From: Octopus vulgaris
Lineage: Eukaryota
Length of the DNA: 64,000 nt
NCBI GenBank assembly: GCA_951406725.2
Contig: OX597816.1
Coordinates: 74,772,001 to 74,836,000, forward strand
Reading direction: 5' to 3'
A program made the translations under genes and the position numbers. The notes below the pieces were generated by a model, which ran no database searches, was not told the DNA's origin, and was given only the letters and a program-made list of their open reading frames with translations. This document shows, piece by piece, positions 38,383 to 51,847 of this stretch (position 1 is the first letter of the stretch; every line of letters starts with the position of its first letter).

Positions 38383-38779
38383 AGGCTTGCACTGCGAGGT
38401 ATTCTCTTCATCACTTATTGAACCTATTTCGGAACCTTTCTTACTGTACCGCTTCTGCCAACACTCTCGAGCAGCACTGATACTAGCAAGGAATGTCCAA
38501 GCTCTAAAACCTTACGACGTAGGCCACGTGTTTTCCATCTTGTTAGTCATTTACCCATGCAATTACCTTTCCAAACCAAATGCAACTGTAACCATCAAAT
38601 GATTATATTGTTATGCAATTCATTCAGGGCTTGTTCTTCACTTTCGGCAGTAAACTTTCTCTCCTTTGCATCAGCAATACTCATGATGATATGTTCTATA
38701 CTTTTCTTTCCAGTTCGCAAATACTACTCTGCTTCTTCTCATCTTCTGCCTATATCGAATGCCGACCAGATTGTGTATC

Positions 38780-39045
38780 TCATCTCATCTCTATTGGACA
38801 TACTGTGTAAAACTCAGTAAACCTTTCCTAGTCCAAGCATTTCCTTTTGTGAACAAACTCCATAGAGCCTTCTTAAGGAACTCCACAATCAGGACGTTTT
38901 TGTCCACGTAACACTGGGATGTTGCTTCGTTATTACAGTATGGCTTGGTAGCACGAAAGCCTTCCCTAAATCCACCAGGAATTTCAACCGTGTTTCGTGG
39001 TCTGCTACCACAACAGCTCCTTTATAGGATCCAGTTAGCTCAAGA
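38780..39045 (-). pseudogene. Decayed Gypsy-type aspartic protease (retropepsin)-like remnant
   Basis: Minus frames give VVVADHETRLKFLVDLGKAFVLP and LYGVCSQKEMLGLGKVY*, resembling V.D..T..RFLVDTGA..SVLP…TYG…..LGL.R.F.W; catalytic DTG reads DLG. Confidence 0.45.
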
Positions 39046-39215
39046 CATCAGCAGGAGGAACCACGTCCGGTTTCGGCCCCTACTCCTCTACCGTTTTGAC
39101 GTGGTGGGAGCCCGCCCCCCTTTCGGAGGTGTATTCAGCTCTGGTGTTGGGTGCATGTCTTCTTTCTTCTGTTCCCTGGCTTCTTCGATGTAGCGTCCAA
39201 CGAGTGTCAGCAGGC

Positions 39216-39321
39216 GACTGACTGTCCTGTCAAATTTTTCCCTTTAAATACCTGCAGTAGGCTCCAGCAGGCAGCCCCAGTAAGATGTCACGTGACAATG
39301 TCTCAACTTTAACTGACCAAT
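39216..39321 (-). promoter_or_regulatory. Candidate Pol II core promoter: CCAAT, palindromic E-box, TATA-like box, Inr
   Basis: CCAAT 39317-39321, tgtcacgtgaca 39286-39297, TATTTAAA 39250-39243, TCAGTC 39221-39216 with its A 31 nt downstream of the TATA start. Confidence 0.45.
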
Positions 39322-39753
39322 GAAGGCGCGTAGTCTCAGCCCACGCATTCTCTAAACGATACCGTCATCTGTCGCAGCATTCAGACACCTCTATCTTGAC
39401 TTTGCCTAAGCTCTCGCATCGCTTTTTCTCGTCTTCATCTTGGAAAACAACAAGGCGCAACTTGAGCATGATTCTTAACGCTTTGATGATGAAGATAATG
39501 TAACTGTTAGTATCTGCTCTCAATCAATCCAAGAATTGGATTCCTTAATTGCTCTCTAAATTATGGACAGATTGCTACATTTTTTTACTTCGGTATAATG
39601 TTGATATTGTTGGATTAGCTCATCCAACTAGGTTAGGACAGTTTCTGCTGCTTCTGGTCTTGAGTCTTGAATTCGCTGTGGTGGTGGTTGTGGTGGTGGT
39701 GTTGGTGGTGGTAGTGTAGAAAATCTAAATTCAATCTAAAGACAAAACGCATC

Positions 39754-40151
39754 GATCCGGTGCCGGACAAAGATTCTGAATTATTTTTCCTGTTTTTATA
39801 CTTCACTTTTGAGAGCAGTCGGGTTCATTTCTAGTATTCTCGTTTGTGAGAGCAGTCGAGTTTATTTCAGATATTCTCATTTTAAAAATCATCTTTGGTG
39901 TTACCTTGGTGGAGGTTTGCGCTCTCTGAGTGCTCTTGTTATTATTATTATTGAGTGAGAGAGCAGTGCATGCCATCAAAGTGACACTGGGGTGAAATAT
40001 GCGAAGCCCAGTATATCCATCATGACTACCCGTCTGATAAGGGTACACTAGAAACATGCATCGCAACCATGTGTGCGCGACATGGTGATCTCATATCAAG
40101 ATAAACAGCACATGACCCTGCAGGTGGGGCCCAGTTAGAATTTTCTTCTGG
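39754..40151 (+). repeat. Second, partial copy of the HINE + (TTA)n-element composite
   Basis: Colinear with 37088-37497 across the same junction. Confidence 0.88.
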
Positions 40152-40478
40152 ACGATAAAGACGGTTTTATTCTATAAATACAGAATAGGGAAATACATTC
40201 TCTACTTAAGGATAAGTTAATTTGACTGACGTGTCTGGTGAACGAGATAAAATTATAGTGAATGATATAAAAAAAGCTTTAATTTCGGCGTCCAGAAACA
40301 TTACTGATAACAGAATAGAAGAACGCACCGTTCTATAAAAAGTATTGATAGTGAATATACATGTGTGTGTGTGTGTGTGAGTGTATACACACACACGCAT
40401 ACACACATATACACACACATAGTATAAGTCTAACAACACGAGCCTCGTTGGAGCCTGATCATATGTATAGATAGATAA

Positions 40479-40528
<50 letters not shown>

Positions 40529-40821
40529 TTATATAGAGAGATATTCATAATACTTTCATGTACCTCAGACACGCGTACACACGCACGCACACATGCACGC
40601 ACACACACACACACACACGCGCGCACGCATGCACACACACGCACACGCACATACATACATATATATATATGTGTGTGTGTATATATATATTATTGATAGA
40701 AATGGCAAGACAACAAAAGAATGAAAGAGACCTCGATATTATGTACAGGAATTTATCTGTAAGTCCGAAACTCGGAGTTTTATCATGGCTATCGAATAAT
40801 TATCGATATTACATTTACATA

Positions 40822-40943
<122 letters not shown>

Positions 40944-40974
40944 GGAGGCGCATATTACATTTACAGATTCCCAG

Positions 40975-41042
<68 letters not shown>

Positions 41043-41179
41043 CAAACGTGTGCAGAAACGACGTACTCCGCATGAATTAAAAGGTAACGCAATCGGAGGG
41101 TAGAGTAAGAAATCCATGAATTAGGTACTCTAAAACAGTCGGAAGGACTGGGACGGTCCGTGTCAGCTTGCAATAAATA

Positions 41180-41335
41180 TTGTCAATTCAAATAGACGAA
41201 TGAAAAAAAAAACGAAAAACAAAAACGAACGTGCGGACATGCACAAGGACTGTATTAGCTTGACGCTCGGTAAAAGGAGAGAGTTTGACGTTTCAAGCTT
41301 AGCTCTTCGTCGAAAAGGAGAAAGGAAAAATTGTC
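41180..41335 (-). mobile_element. Penelope-like terminal fragment with degenerate minimal-hammerhead motif
   Basis: Minus strand ttttcgacgaagagctaagcttgaaacgtcaaac…ccgagcgtcaagctaatac; related to 31640-31850. Confidence 0.5.
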
Positions 41336-42518
41336 TTATAGCACCTGAAGCGTGTACAGTCCGACTCCTCCATCAACCAAGGAACCGAACACCACCACGG
41401 ACAGTGACTCTAATTATGAAGTGTGAAAAAAACCTGTATAATCAATAGAACTAGTTATCTTCCACAGAAGTTACCTTAGCACCATACTATGTATAATTTT
41501 ACGCGGTTACATCCTAAATGAAACTAGATGAAAAATAGGTAAAATATAGTAATAAAGTACTTTAACCAAATTAGCCTTCTGAGTATTAAACATTAATGTA
41601 GATACATCGAGAAAAGGCAAAATTTACTGCGGTATTCGTCCGGGGATAGTTTCTCTTATGGACGTGCTGTGTTTAAAGACACAAATATATCAGTAGCGGA
41701 TGGAAACCGTCGAGCAGCGGCGGTGAGAATGTTAGTTGTACATTTCTACGTAGTTGAGCTTTGCCAGTAGCATGCACTTACTGCCAAAAGTGGCTGCCAA
41801 AATGCTGATGGAAAATTTGAACTCATCACAAAGAGAGCAGGGTGAGTATTACATAATCGAGGCCATCTTGCCTGTCATATCAACTTGTTCTGCTCTCGTA
41901 ATAAATCGCACGAGATACAATATAAAAAGCAAATAATTAAATTCTGATTCAGGAAATTTAAATTTTTGTCTCCATATTTATTTACGGCTGGACTGTTTTT
42001 AGGAAACTTTGGGCCTAGTTGAAATACCAGCTAAATTCTCTCAAATCACCCTCGACAGTTTTTTTCCTTAGATGACGGACAGCAAAATGATTAATGTAGT
42101 TTCATATCTACAAAAGTCGGGATAGTCATAGATCTGCTCAACAGATGTCGGTTATGGTCTATGCACCCCCACTCACACACACACACACATATCTACATGT
42201 GACGCTGTCGATCGAAAGAACTAAAGAAATATCTCCTTATTTGTTTTCCAAATTATTGACAGTCTGTCGGTTGCACCTCCTAACAGAAGTGTCTCTTTTT
42301 TTTCCGTGATATAACGGGTACAAAGTATCCAGTCTGGGACTCTAACGATTCTGGCAATCCCCTTGCTCTCGACTGGTCCCTTTTTATTAAAAAGAGGAAA
42401 GGCAAAATTGCCCTCGGCAGGATTTGAACGCAGTAAGTCGGAACGAATATCAGGAAGCATTTTGTTCAACACGCTAACGAATATGCCAAATTGCAATCTG
42501 ATTTGTGTATATGTGTAT

Positions 42519-42550
<32 letters not shown>

Positions 42551-42620
42551 AACACATGCCTACACGTACATACATATATGTGTGCGTGTATATATATGTG
42601 TGTGTGCGTATGTATAGATT

Positions 42621-42714
<94 letters not shown>

Positions 42715-44054
42715 CGTACATTTAAGTGGGTATACACATACGTTCACAATTTTCTGGTTACTTGAGTCGGTATGCAGCGTGACTGCGCATTTATAAAAAG
42801 TAAAATATTTGCTTGTTGATACAACAAACCAAATGGTTTGAAATGCATGTTGTTGTCGTTGTTGTTGTTGTTATTGTTTTGCTTGGGGTTTTTAACATTT
42901 CGACTCTAGTTGATAAAAATATAACCAGTTGTGTCGTCATTGCTTAGTTTTCACAACGAGGCTAAAATTGTGTTTGTTAGAAAGGTATACCCTATATTAA
43001 CCTTTCACCTGCCCTGTGCATTAGATGTTATACATAAGACATATTTCCCTTGCGTCTATGCATCATATGTGATACACAATCTCAATTCTTTTCAACCACC
43101 CAAGTAACTTAAGATTATGAAAGGAAAGCTTTTTTAGAACGTGTGAAACGAAGGTTAACTAAAAGTCTGAAAGCAAGCATGGACGTTTCGGACAAGCTTA
43201 TGAAAATGCTTTGAACAGGCAAAGGGTTAAGGTGGCAAATTAACGGCAGCAGTCCACACGACTCTTGGAGGTCCATATCAGATTTTGTTGCTAAAGTTTA
43301 TGTTCAATAATTTGGTTATACTTCTATGACATACAAAATATTTTTGAGAATTTTTTATACAGTTCCTATTAATATTTAATTTTTAAAAAAATACAATTGG
43401 ATGTTTTCAAACATCGAATGGTTTTTAGGGTCCACTTGAGTAAAATAAGTATCAAAGGGGTTCATAAGTAAAAAATGGTTGAGAACTATTTTTCCGGCTC
43501 TCTGCGCTCCGAGTTCAAATCCAGCTCGATATGATCAATGTTGCCTTTCATTTTTTCGGGCTTGTTAAATAAAGTACTAATTCTGGAGCTCATCATTTCG
43601 TCTTCTTTCTGAAAGAAATCGTCTAGATCAGCTTTGATCATAGTTGTCCTTGATCATGGTTGACTTGGGGCTAACAACAACAATTTCCTTTCGTCTAGAT
43701 TTGGCAAGATATGTAGAGCGTCTGATAAAATGCCGTTCTTAGTTCTGTACCTTTACGTTCAAATCTCGCCCAGGTTGACTTTGCCTTCTATCTGTAAGAC
43801 AGAAGTTGACTCTTTCAAATAAAAACGAACCGATGAACACATTATCTGACGGGTCCTTTCCTTATACAATAATATCTGTAACCTGATGTAACCTCACAGA
43901 TCGACTAAATACGTATAGATAACATCTGATAACCATACACTCCCAAGAGGCCTGTTGGTTTGCCAGAGATACAAAATAACTCCTTCAAAGAATAGAAATG
44001 ATATCGTACGTTTGTCTTTCAAATTATCCAAAAGACTGATACAATAATTATCAA

Positions 44055-44582
44055 TTTCCATTCACTAAATTCACTCACAGAGTATTGGTCGGCCCAGAGC
44101 AAAAGACACTTGCCCAAAGTGCACAACAGGACTGAACTCTAGAGCACCTGGTTTGGAAGTAGGTTTCTTACCCACAAAGCTACACCCGAACGTTCAGTCT
44201 CATGCATGAAGTTTTATATTTCAGGCATAGGAGTGGCTGTGTGGTAAGTAGCTTGCTTACCAACCACATGGTTCCGGGTTCAATCCCACTGCGTGACACC
44301 TTGGGCAAGTGTCTTCAACTATAGCCTCGGGCCAACCAAAGCCTTGTGAGTGGATTTGGTAGACGGAAACTGAAAGAAGTCCGTCGTACGTGTGTGTGTG
44401 TCCCAAACATCGCTTGACAACCGATGGTGGTATATTTACGTCCCCGTAACTTAGCGGTTCGGCAAAAGAGACCGATAGTATAAGTACTAGGCTTACAAAG
44501 AATAAGTCCTGGGGCCGATTTGCTCGACTAAAGGCGGTGCTCCAGCATGGCCACGGTCAAATGACTGAAACAAGTAAAAGAA
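44055..44582. mobile_element. Head-to-head SINE B pair (44055-44187 minus, partial; 44223-44582 plus, full)
   Basis: Both match the B consensus; ~35-bp spacer. Confidence 0.85.
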
Positions 44583-45441
44583 TTAAAAATTTGTTTAAGC
44601 TATCCAACGTAAACAGTAACAAACCATTAGAAAATCTTGTTCGTTATATTTTAATCGTCATTAAATTAATTGATATTTGATATGATATTAACGACAGAAA
44701 TTATTAACGTTAGAAATTCGCATGTGTCTATTTTGCACCAGGTATTCGGTTTTAACTGTTACACGGCGGATGCCAAATTACTTGCATTCCAGAACAATTA
44801 GATTTTGTTTTTTAATCAAAGATGCACTTTGTACATAGCATTCTATCTCCTGAAATATTGCACCTATGAAATAGATTTAACTTATTTTGGTTTTGTGAAA
44901 GTTATGCGATGAATATAATCGTGTGTTACAGCTTGTTTCCCACCGAAATAAACCATAGAATTGGAATAACACCCGTTGTTGCGAAAGATAGAGATGCAGA
45001 TAGAGAAATATACGGAAAGATAGCGTCAGACAAATAGACAAACATAAAGCGAGAGGGGGAGATAGAAGGGTGGGAGGAATAACATAAAGCAATAATAGCG
45101 TGAGTCATGGCATCATTCAAGAGCTATGTGATATGTTAATCGACATTTTCAGGGCATTCTCTGACAGCTTTCTCTTTCTCACCGAATTCGTAAATCTTTT
45201 ACCTAACGAAGTTACTGAGTCAAACAACTGACAAAAAGTATTACATCTCAGTGAGCCAGCTATTGGTTCGTTGGAAACCTGTAAACATCGACGCTGTCGT
45301 GATACAAACGTGATATAAAATTTTTAAAAAGTAACCAGTAACAAAAGAAGTTTTCTATAAACCGTTTCATGTCTCAAGAAAGTACAGCAGTGCTTTCCAG
45401 TTACTTTTACAAAGAAAAAGGGAGTGCAGACAGTACTTTCT

Positions 45442-45835
45442 TATTTCTTTATTGCCCACAAGCGGCTAAACATAGAGGGCACAAACAAGGATAGACAAAC
45501 GGATTAAGTCGATTGCATCGACCCCAGTGCGTAACTGGTACTTAATTTATCGACCCCGAAAGGATGAAAGGCAAAGTCGACCTTGGCGGAATTTGAAATA
45601 CCTACTTCTTTCCTACCCACAAGGGGCTAAACACAGAGAGGACAAACAAGGACACACAAACGGATTAAGTCGATTATATCGACCCCAGTGCGTAACTGGT
45701 ATTTATTTAATCGACCCCGAAAGGATGAAAGACAAAGTCAACCTCGGTGGAATTTGAACTCGGAACGTAAAGACAGACGAAATACTGCTAACCATTTCGC
45801 CCGGCGTGCTAACGATTCTGCCAGCTCGCCGCCTT
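45442..45835 (-). mobile_element. SINE family A dimer with 18-bp target-site duplication
   Basis: gtgcagacagtactttct at 45424-45441 and 45836-45853. Confidence 0.93.
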
Positions 45836-45855
45836 GTGCAGACAGTACTTTCTGA

Positions 45856-46170
45856 AGGCTCTTGGCTTAATGGTTAGGATATTTGAATCACGATGGTAAG
45901 GTCTTGTGATCGATACCCGGCGGCGCGTTGTGTCCTTGAGCAAGACATTTTATTTCACGTTGCTTTAACTGACAAAAACAGAGGGATACCTATATTTCGA
46001 AGGACCAGCTTTGTTATATGTTGTGTCACGCTGAATCCCCTTGAGAACTACATTAAGGGTACATGTGATTGTGGAGTGCTCAGCCACTTGCACGTTAATT
46101 TTACTAGAAGGCTGTTCCGTTGATCGAATCAACTGGAACACTCCTCGTCGCAACCGACGGAGTGCCAGTT
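45856..46170 (+). mobile_element. SINE family C variant
   Basis: tggcttaatggttagg A-box, gatcgataccc B-box, tgtccttgagcaagacattttatttcacgttgct core, different tail. Confidence 0.75.
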
Positions 46171-46760
46171 TAAGGTATAGGGACACTGTGCAGTTTCTCA
46201 AGCATCTCATGGATCGGAGACCCGATTCTGATCTAAGTATGTTGTGGTATGCTATAATGGTTATTATAAGGCTCATTGCAATGATTTGCCCGGGAGTTTG
46301 TAATGCTGCCAAGACAGCCCTAGGTATAGATTACAGGACAGCGGTGGGTAGTTTTGAGGCTCCTGTGTGTTTGCCATAGATTTTGCCATAGCTTTTTTGT
46401 CAGACTGGGCATGGGGAGGGCCGGCGTCTGCAGGGAGCGGTTGTGGTAGAGTGGGTATGGGTGAGAGCCGGGTGGGTGTGGGCTAAGGGTCATCTTCCAC
46501 CCTGTGTGTCCCCTCCTCTCCACCACCTTCCAACCGGCACTCGACTCCCCGTTCCTCTCGACACCAGCGCCTATCCTCCTCCGTTGCTCCACTCTCAACT
46601 CATACCTCAACTTCTCGCGCGACGCCCCTTCATCACACAAGAGGCAAAACGTCGCTCCACCAGGACAGCAAAAAAAAATAAAATAAATAAACAAAAAATC
46701 ATGTGTGTCCCAAACACATCCAACAATGCAACTGAACAACCATAAACCGGAAGTCACCTA
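46170..46760 (-). mobile_element. GC-richer unclassified fragment, possibly LINE 5'UTR/ORF1
   Basis: Begins at an ETS-type ACTTCCGG (46748-46755); broken CPV*QK…AVL.NL…WQHYK is only loosely PHD-like. Confidence 0.25.
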
Positions 46761-46870
46761 CTCTCGACTTTCTGCTGTCGACCGGTTACTGATTTATTTA
46801 TAATGGCTCTACTACCATTTTTGACAGACAGACAGACAGACTGACAGACAGACTGACAGACAGACAGACA

Positions 46871-46934
<64 letters not shown>

Positions 46935-46938
46935 AGGC

Positions 46939-47011
<73 letters not shown>

Positions 47012-48012
47012 TGTGTTTCAATAATTTGACCGGAGCCATGTTGAGGCACCACCTTGAAAGGTTTGGTTGAACAAATTGATCCCACAACCTATTTAAATCT
47101 GATACTCATTGTATCGATAGCTCTGGCCGAACCGCTAATTTACGGAAGTGGAAACAAATCAACACCAGCTATCACACACACATACATACACACATATATA
47201 TACATATATAAATATATATGTTTATTTATTCGAATGGCTTCGACACAGTTCCCGTCGACCGAATTCACTGATAACGCATCGGTCAGCCAAGGGTTATACA
47301 CGAAAATACTTGCCCAAGGTGACGCACTGTGAGACTGAACCGAAAACCACATGGCTTCAAACGAGTTTCTTAACTGTACAGCCATGCTACTATTTTGCTA
47401 GTTCTGTTTTATGGGCCCCCAACAGTTTGAAACACAAAATAAACATGGGTGTAGATTCGAACACAAAGCTTGAAGAAACAAATGTTTCCATCAATAATAA
47501 TGGTTTCTAACATAGCATTTTATCGACTCCGGAACGATGGCATGCAAACTTCACTTTGTCGTAAATTCGAATTCAGGACATAAAGACCGTAAGTGGACTT
47601 TTCCACCAATAACAACAATAAATTGTAACTATACGCTCAGGTATGGATGTGTGGTTAAGAAGGTCGCATTCGGATTCAGTCCCACTGTACGGCGCCTTGG
47701 CTGTCTTCTACTATAGCCTCGGAACGATCAATGCCTTGTGAGGGAATCTGGTAGACGGAAACTGTGTAGAAGCCTGTCATATATATATATTTGTGTGTGT
47801 ATGTGTGTACTTGCGTTAGTCCTAATTTTCACCGCCTGACATCTGGTGTTGGTTTATTTACGTCCCTGTAACTTAGCGGTTCGCCAAAAGAAACGATAGA
47901 ATAAGTACCAGGATTTTAAAAATAAGTTCTAAGGTGGATATGTTCGACTAAACTCATCAAAGCGGTATCCTAATATGGCCACTGTCCAGTGGCTGAAACA
48001 AGTAAAAGATAA
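47012..48012. mobile_element. Head-to-head SINE B pair (47012-47388 minus; 47635-48012 plus)
   Basis: Both colinear with B consensus; older copies. Confidence 0.8.
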
Positions 48013-48156
48013 AAGCTATATACTTATGTGTGCGTGAGTAATCGATTCAACCAATCCGGAGTATTCTGCTGGTACCGTTGAAGCACAAAATAGAGCTGGG
48101 TGTGATTTCGAACTCAAGGCCTGAAGAACCAGATGTTTCCATCAATAACAGTGAAC

Positions 48157-48753
48157 AATATATTGTGAATATGAAAATGAGAGGTGGCAGTATTGATAGC
48201 ATGTCGGACAAAATGCTTAGCGACATTTCGTCTGTTGTTACGTCCTTTCATCCTTTCGGGGTCGATAAAATAAGTACCAGTTGAACACTGGGGTCGATGT
48301 AATCAACTTATTCCCTCCCTCCGAAATTGTTGGCCTTGGTCCAAAATTTTAAATTAATATATAGTGAATATAAAGGTGTCACACTGGCAGCATCGTTAGC
48401 ACGCCGGACAAAATACTTGGCGCCATCTCATCAGTCCAAACGTTCAAATTCCGACGAGATCGACTTCTATTAATCTTTTCTAGGTCGATAAAATAAGTAC
48501 CAGTTGAGCACTGGGGTCGACAAAATCGACTTCCCGCCTTTCACAAAACTGCTGGCTTTGTGCCAAAATTTGAAAACAAAACACCGTGAATATATTGAGA
48601 TCAAATTCCGCCGAGGTCGACTTTGCTTTTCAGCCTTTCGGAGTCAATAAAATAAGCACCAGTTGAGCACAGGGGTCAATGTAATCGACTTACCCCGTCC
48701 CTAAAAATAACTGGCCTTGTGCCAAAACTTTGAAATCAATACATTGTGAATAT
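48157..48753 (+). repeat. Three tandem family-A SINEs separated by four copies of a ~17-bp motif
   Basis: aatatattgtgaatat-like motif at ~48157, 48356, 48578, 48738. Confidence 0.75.
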
Positions 48754-49180
48754 ACAACATCAAATGTACGTTTTATGAATTTATGGTGAACCTTGAAAGA
48801 AGACGTAAGCCATGCTAAGTATTTAAACATCTTATTTATCCTGCCTCTCTAAACGAGTCAAAGTGTATGTAGTTAAATAGATATTTCTGTTCAAAAAGTA
48901 GATAAATTATCTACAAGAAAAACAAGACTGTCATGTTTTCAGGCAATGTTGGCAAAATATACCAATCTCTTGTTTCTTTCTCCAACTGCAAATACTAAAA
49001 TCTACCTTGTAAATGCTATCATCTCTCCACAAACAACTCCGTTTTATGAGCACCCAAAATGTAAGGACGTTATTCAAATTACGAAGAGCAGAAACACAAC
49101 CTACTCAACGCTCAGCTTGTGTAATAAATACCAAGTAAAAAGTCAAATAATTAAATGCGTTTCTAAATGCTCACATCTAC

Positions 49181-49303
<123 letters not shown>

Positions 49304-49511
49304 ATATCTTAAATACTTCTATCTTTCCAGTGAAATCTGTACTCCAAATTGCTACTGCTGTAAGTAATTACTATTATATGAAAATATATAAGAAGAAAGC
49401 TGTCAGACAAAATATATATTCTTCTCTTTCGTTTACTTATTTCTTGGCTTGCGTGATTGCTCTTTATGCAAAAATGTCAGAGTATATGCATTTGTGCGAT
49501 TTGTGTGATGA

Positions 49512-49554
<43 letters not shown>

Positions 49555-49583
49555 CATACATACATGGATACATACATGCATAC

Positions 49584-49873
49584 ATGCAAATCCAGTACTC
49601 AGGATACACTTTCAGCTTCATACCTATGACTATTGGAGCAACCGGATGCATACCAAGCTGTCTGGAGCATAGTGTGGATGAACTCGGGTTCTTGAGGCGA
49701 GAAAGCAAATCTTTAATTCATGCACTACAGAACTACAGATGATCATATCTGGAGCTATGAAAATCTGCAAGACCTCCTTAAGATTTAAAGGATGATGAAC
49801 AAGACAAGATGCTTTTGTTCATGGCCTTGCCAACAAGTCAAAATTTACTCGAAATAAAAACGAGAAAGAGTAA
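49584..49873 (+). mobile_element. R4/Dong-like LINE 3' end, divergent subfamily, flanked by (TACA)n
   Basis: MQIQYSGYTFSFIPMTIGATGCIPSCLEHSVDELGF…ISGAMKICKT aligns with LQLLYPDYMFRFIPVIIGALGYITHCL…ITGTVTICKT at 62001-62207. Confidence 0.75.
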
Positions 49874-49944
49874 ATACATACATACATACATACATACATA
49901 CATACATACAATATATATATATATATATATATACATACATACAT

Positions 49945-49986
<42 letters not shown>

Positions 49987-50010
49987 CATACATACATCCA
50001 CATACCTCCC

Positions 50011-50052
<42 letters not shown>

Positions 50053-50054
50053 TA

Positions 50055-50980
50055 TTGGGCCATCCCATAAATAATGTGGGTTTGTTTTTTAAATTGCATG
50101 AACTAAAAGTCAGAGGGGGACGGGATAAACTACCTGCATTAACCTGCTGTAAAAACAGGTAGTAATTTTACCTGGTTCTTATTCTTAGTGCAAATTTTGA
50201 AGAGTGCAATTCGATTTTAGTAGTTATCTTATCAAGGCTATAATGGAAGTGACAAAGGAGAATATTCGGCATATTTTGCTTTGTGAATTCAATAAAGGTG
50301 ACAATGCAACGAAAAGTGATTGGAATATTAATGCAGTATATGGGATTGGACAATAAGTGTAAGCCAGTGTCAACGATGGTTTCAGATATTCCGAACGGGA
50401 AATTGCAGCCTAAAGACGAGCCTCATCCTGAAACATCAATGGAGCTCGACGAGAACGTCCTGCAAACCCTGATGGAACAAAACCCCATAGTTACTGTTGG
50501 GGAATTACCAGAGGAGCTTGGATTTGGTAATTCAACCAGTCATTCAAGTCAGCGCTAGAAGAGAAACGACCGTCTTTTGTTTCAAGACGAAAAATTTTCT
50601 TCCATCAGGATAATGCTCGGTTACATATAGCGAAGATAACATTCCAAAGACTGGAGCAGTTTGAACGGGAAGCGATGCCCCCAACCCACCATATTCGCCG
50701 GACATTGCCCCATCTGATTATCATTTATTCCGCAATCTTCAAACTCATTTGGAGGGAAAAAATATGAATTCTGTAGACGAGGTCAGAACAATACTGGAGA
50801 AGTATCTTTTGTCAAGGATAATTGAATTTTGAAAGAGGGGCCTTGCAAGTTTACCAGATAGATGGAAGAGTATTGTTTAAAATGAAAGAGGGTATATTTT
50901 AGATTAAAAACAACTTTGTTTATCTTAATTTTGAAAAATAAAAGAAGTATAAAAAAAACACTATCTATGGGATGACCCAA
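50055..50980 (+). mobile_element. Decayed mariner (DD34D-type) transposon with internal deletion, inserted in (TA)n
   Basis: TIRs ttgggccatcccataaata / tatctatgggatgacccaa; broken transposase 50243-50907: MEVTKENIRHILLCEF…QCQRWF…, HQDNAR, PPYSPDIAPSDYHLF, LPDRW…YILD*. Confidence 0.93.
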
Positions 50981-50981
50981 T

Positions 50982-51048
<67 letters not shown>

Positions 51049-51783
51049 GTGTGTTTGTTTTTCTGTATGTATATATTGTCCTGGGTATGACTTTAAACTA
51101 CTTGAGCTCTAGTTCTGGAGTTTCAAAGTTTCGAAGCCTCTTAGGTACGATTGTTCCCAAGTCTTCTCTGACCCGGAGTAGTAGCACCTCTCAGGATCCC
51201 AGCTATGGCTTGACTAGCTTATATAATGACATTCCATCTGAGCGCGGAGATGCAGGAATCTCTTTGGTAAATGTCAAAGTGCGCAGTCAAGCCACTGGGA
51301 GTGAGAGATCCCTAGCTGTTGTCAAAGCATCCTTCTAGTAGCGGGACAATTATGTAAAACTTGTAGTTTCACGTACGTGATTATTGGTCATCTCTCTTCG
51401 ATCTGTGTCTAGGTATTAATCATGGAGATTCAGAGTATGGTTCTCGTGTTGTACAAGTGTTTATCACAATAATCCAGTGATGCAAATATGTCTCTTTATG
51501 GTAGCCTCATTTGTCATTCTGTCTTTTGAAAGTCCTATGGTGATGGAAGAGTAGTGACGTGTGCAGATCTAACCAGTTGCAAGCACACACCAAGTTATAC
51601 CTTTTGTCTGTCAACTATGCACCAAACTATGCATATGTACAACAGGATTGAATAATCCTCTGAGATCACGGATGGAAAGTTAGAAATGCCAGTGAGGAAG
51701 CACAAGGATATGGCAATCACCTGTTAAGATGGATTAATCATCGTGTGTCTATGTATCTATATAATTAATGAACGTACGGACAA

Positions 51784-51847
<64 letters not shown>

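Noticed and set aside
47427-48150. Diverged ~73-bp direct repeat (47427-47498 / 48078-48150) as LTRs
   Set aside because: No TG…CA ends, PBS or PPT; interior is SINE sequence; likely an old local duplication.
51060-51775. Balanced-composition stretch that looks like decayed coding DNA
   Set aside because: No motif recognised in the frames I could read; left unclassified.
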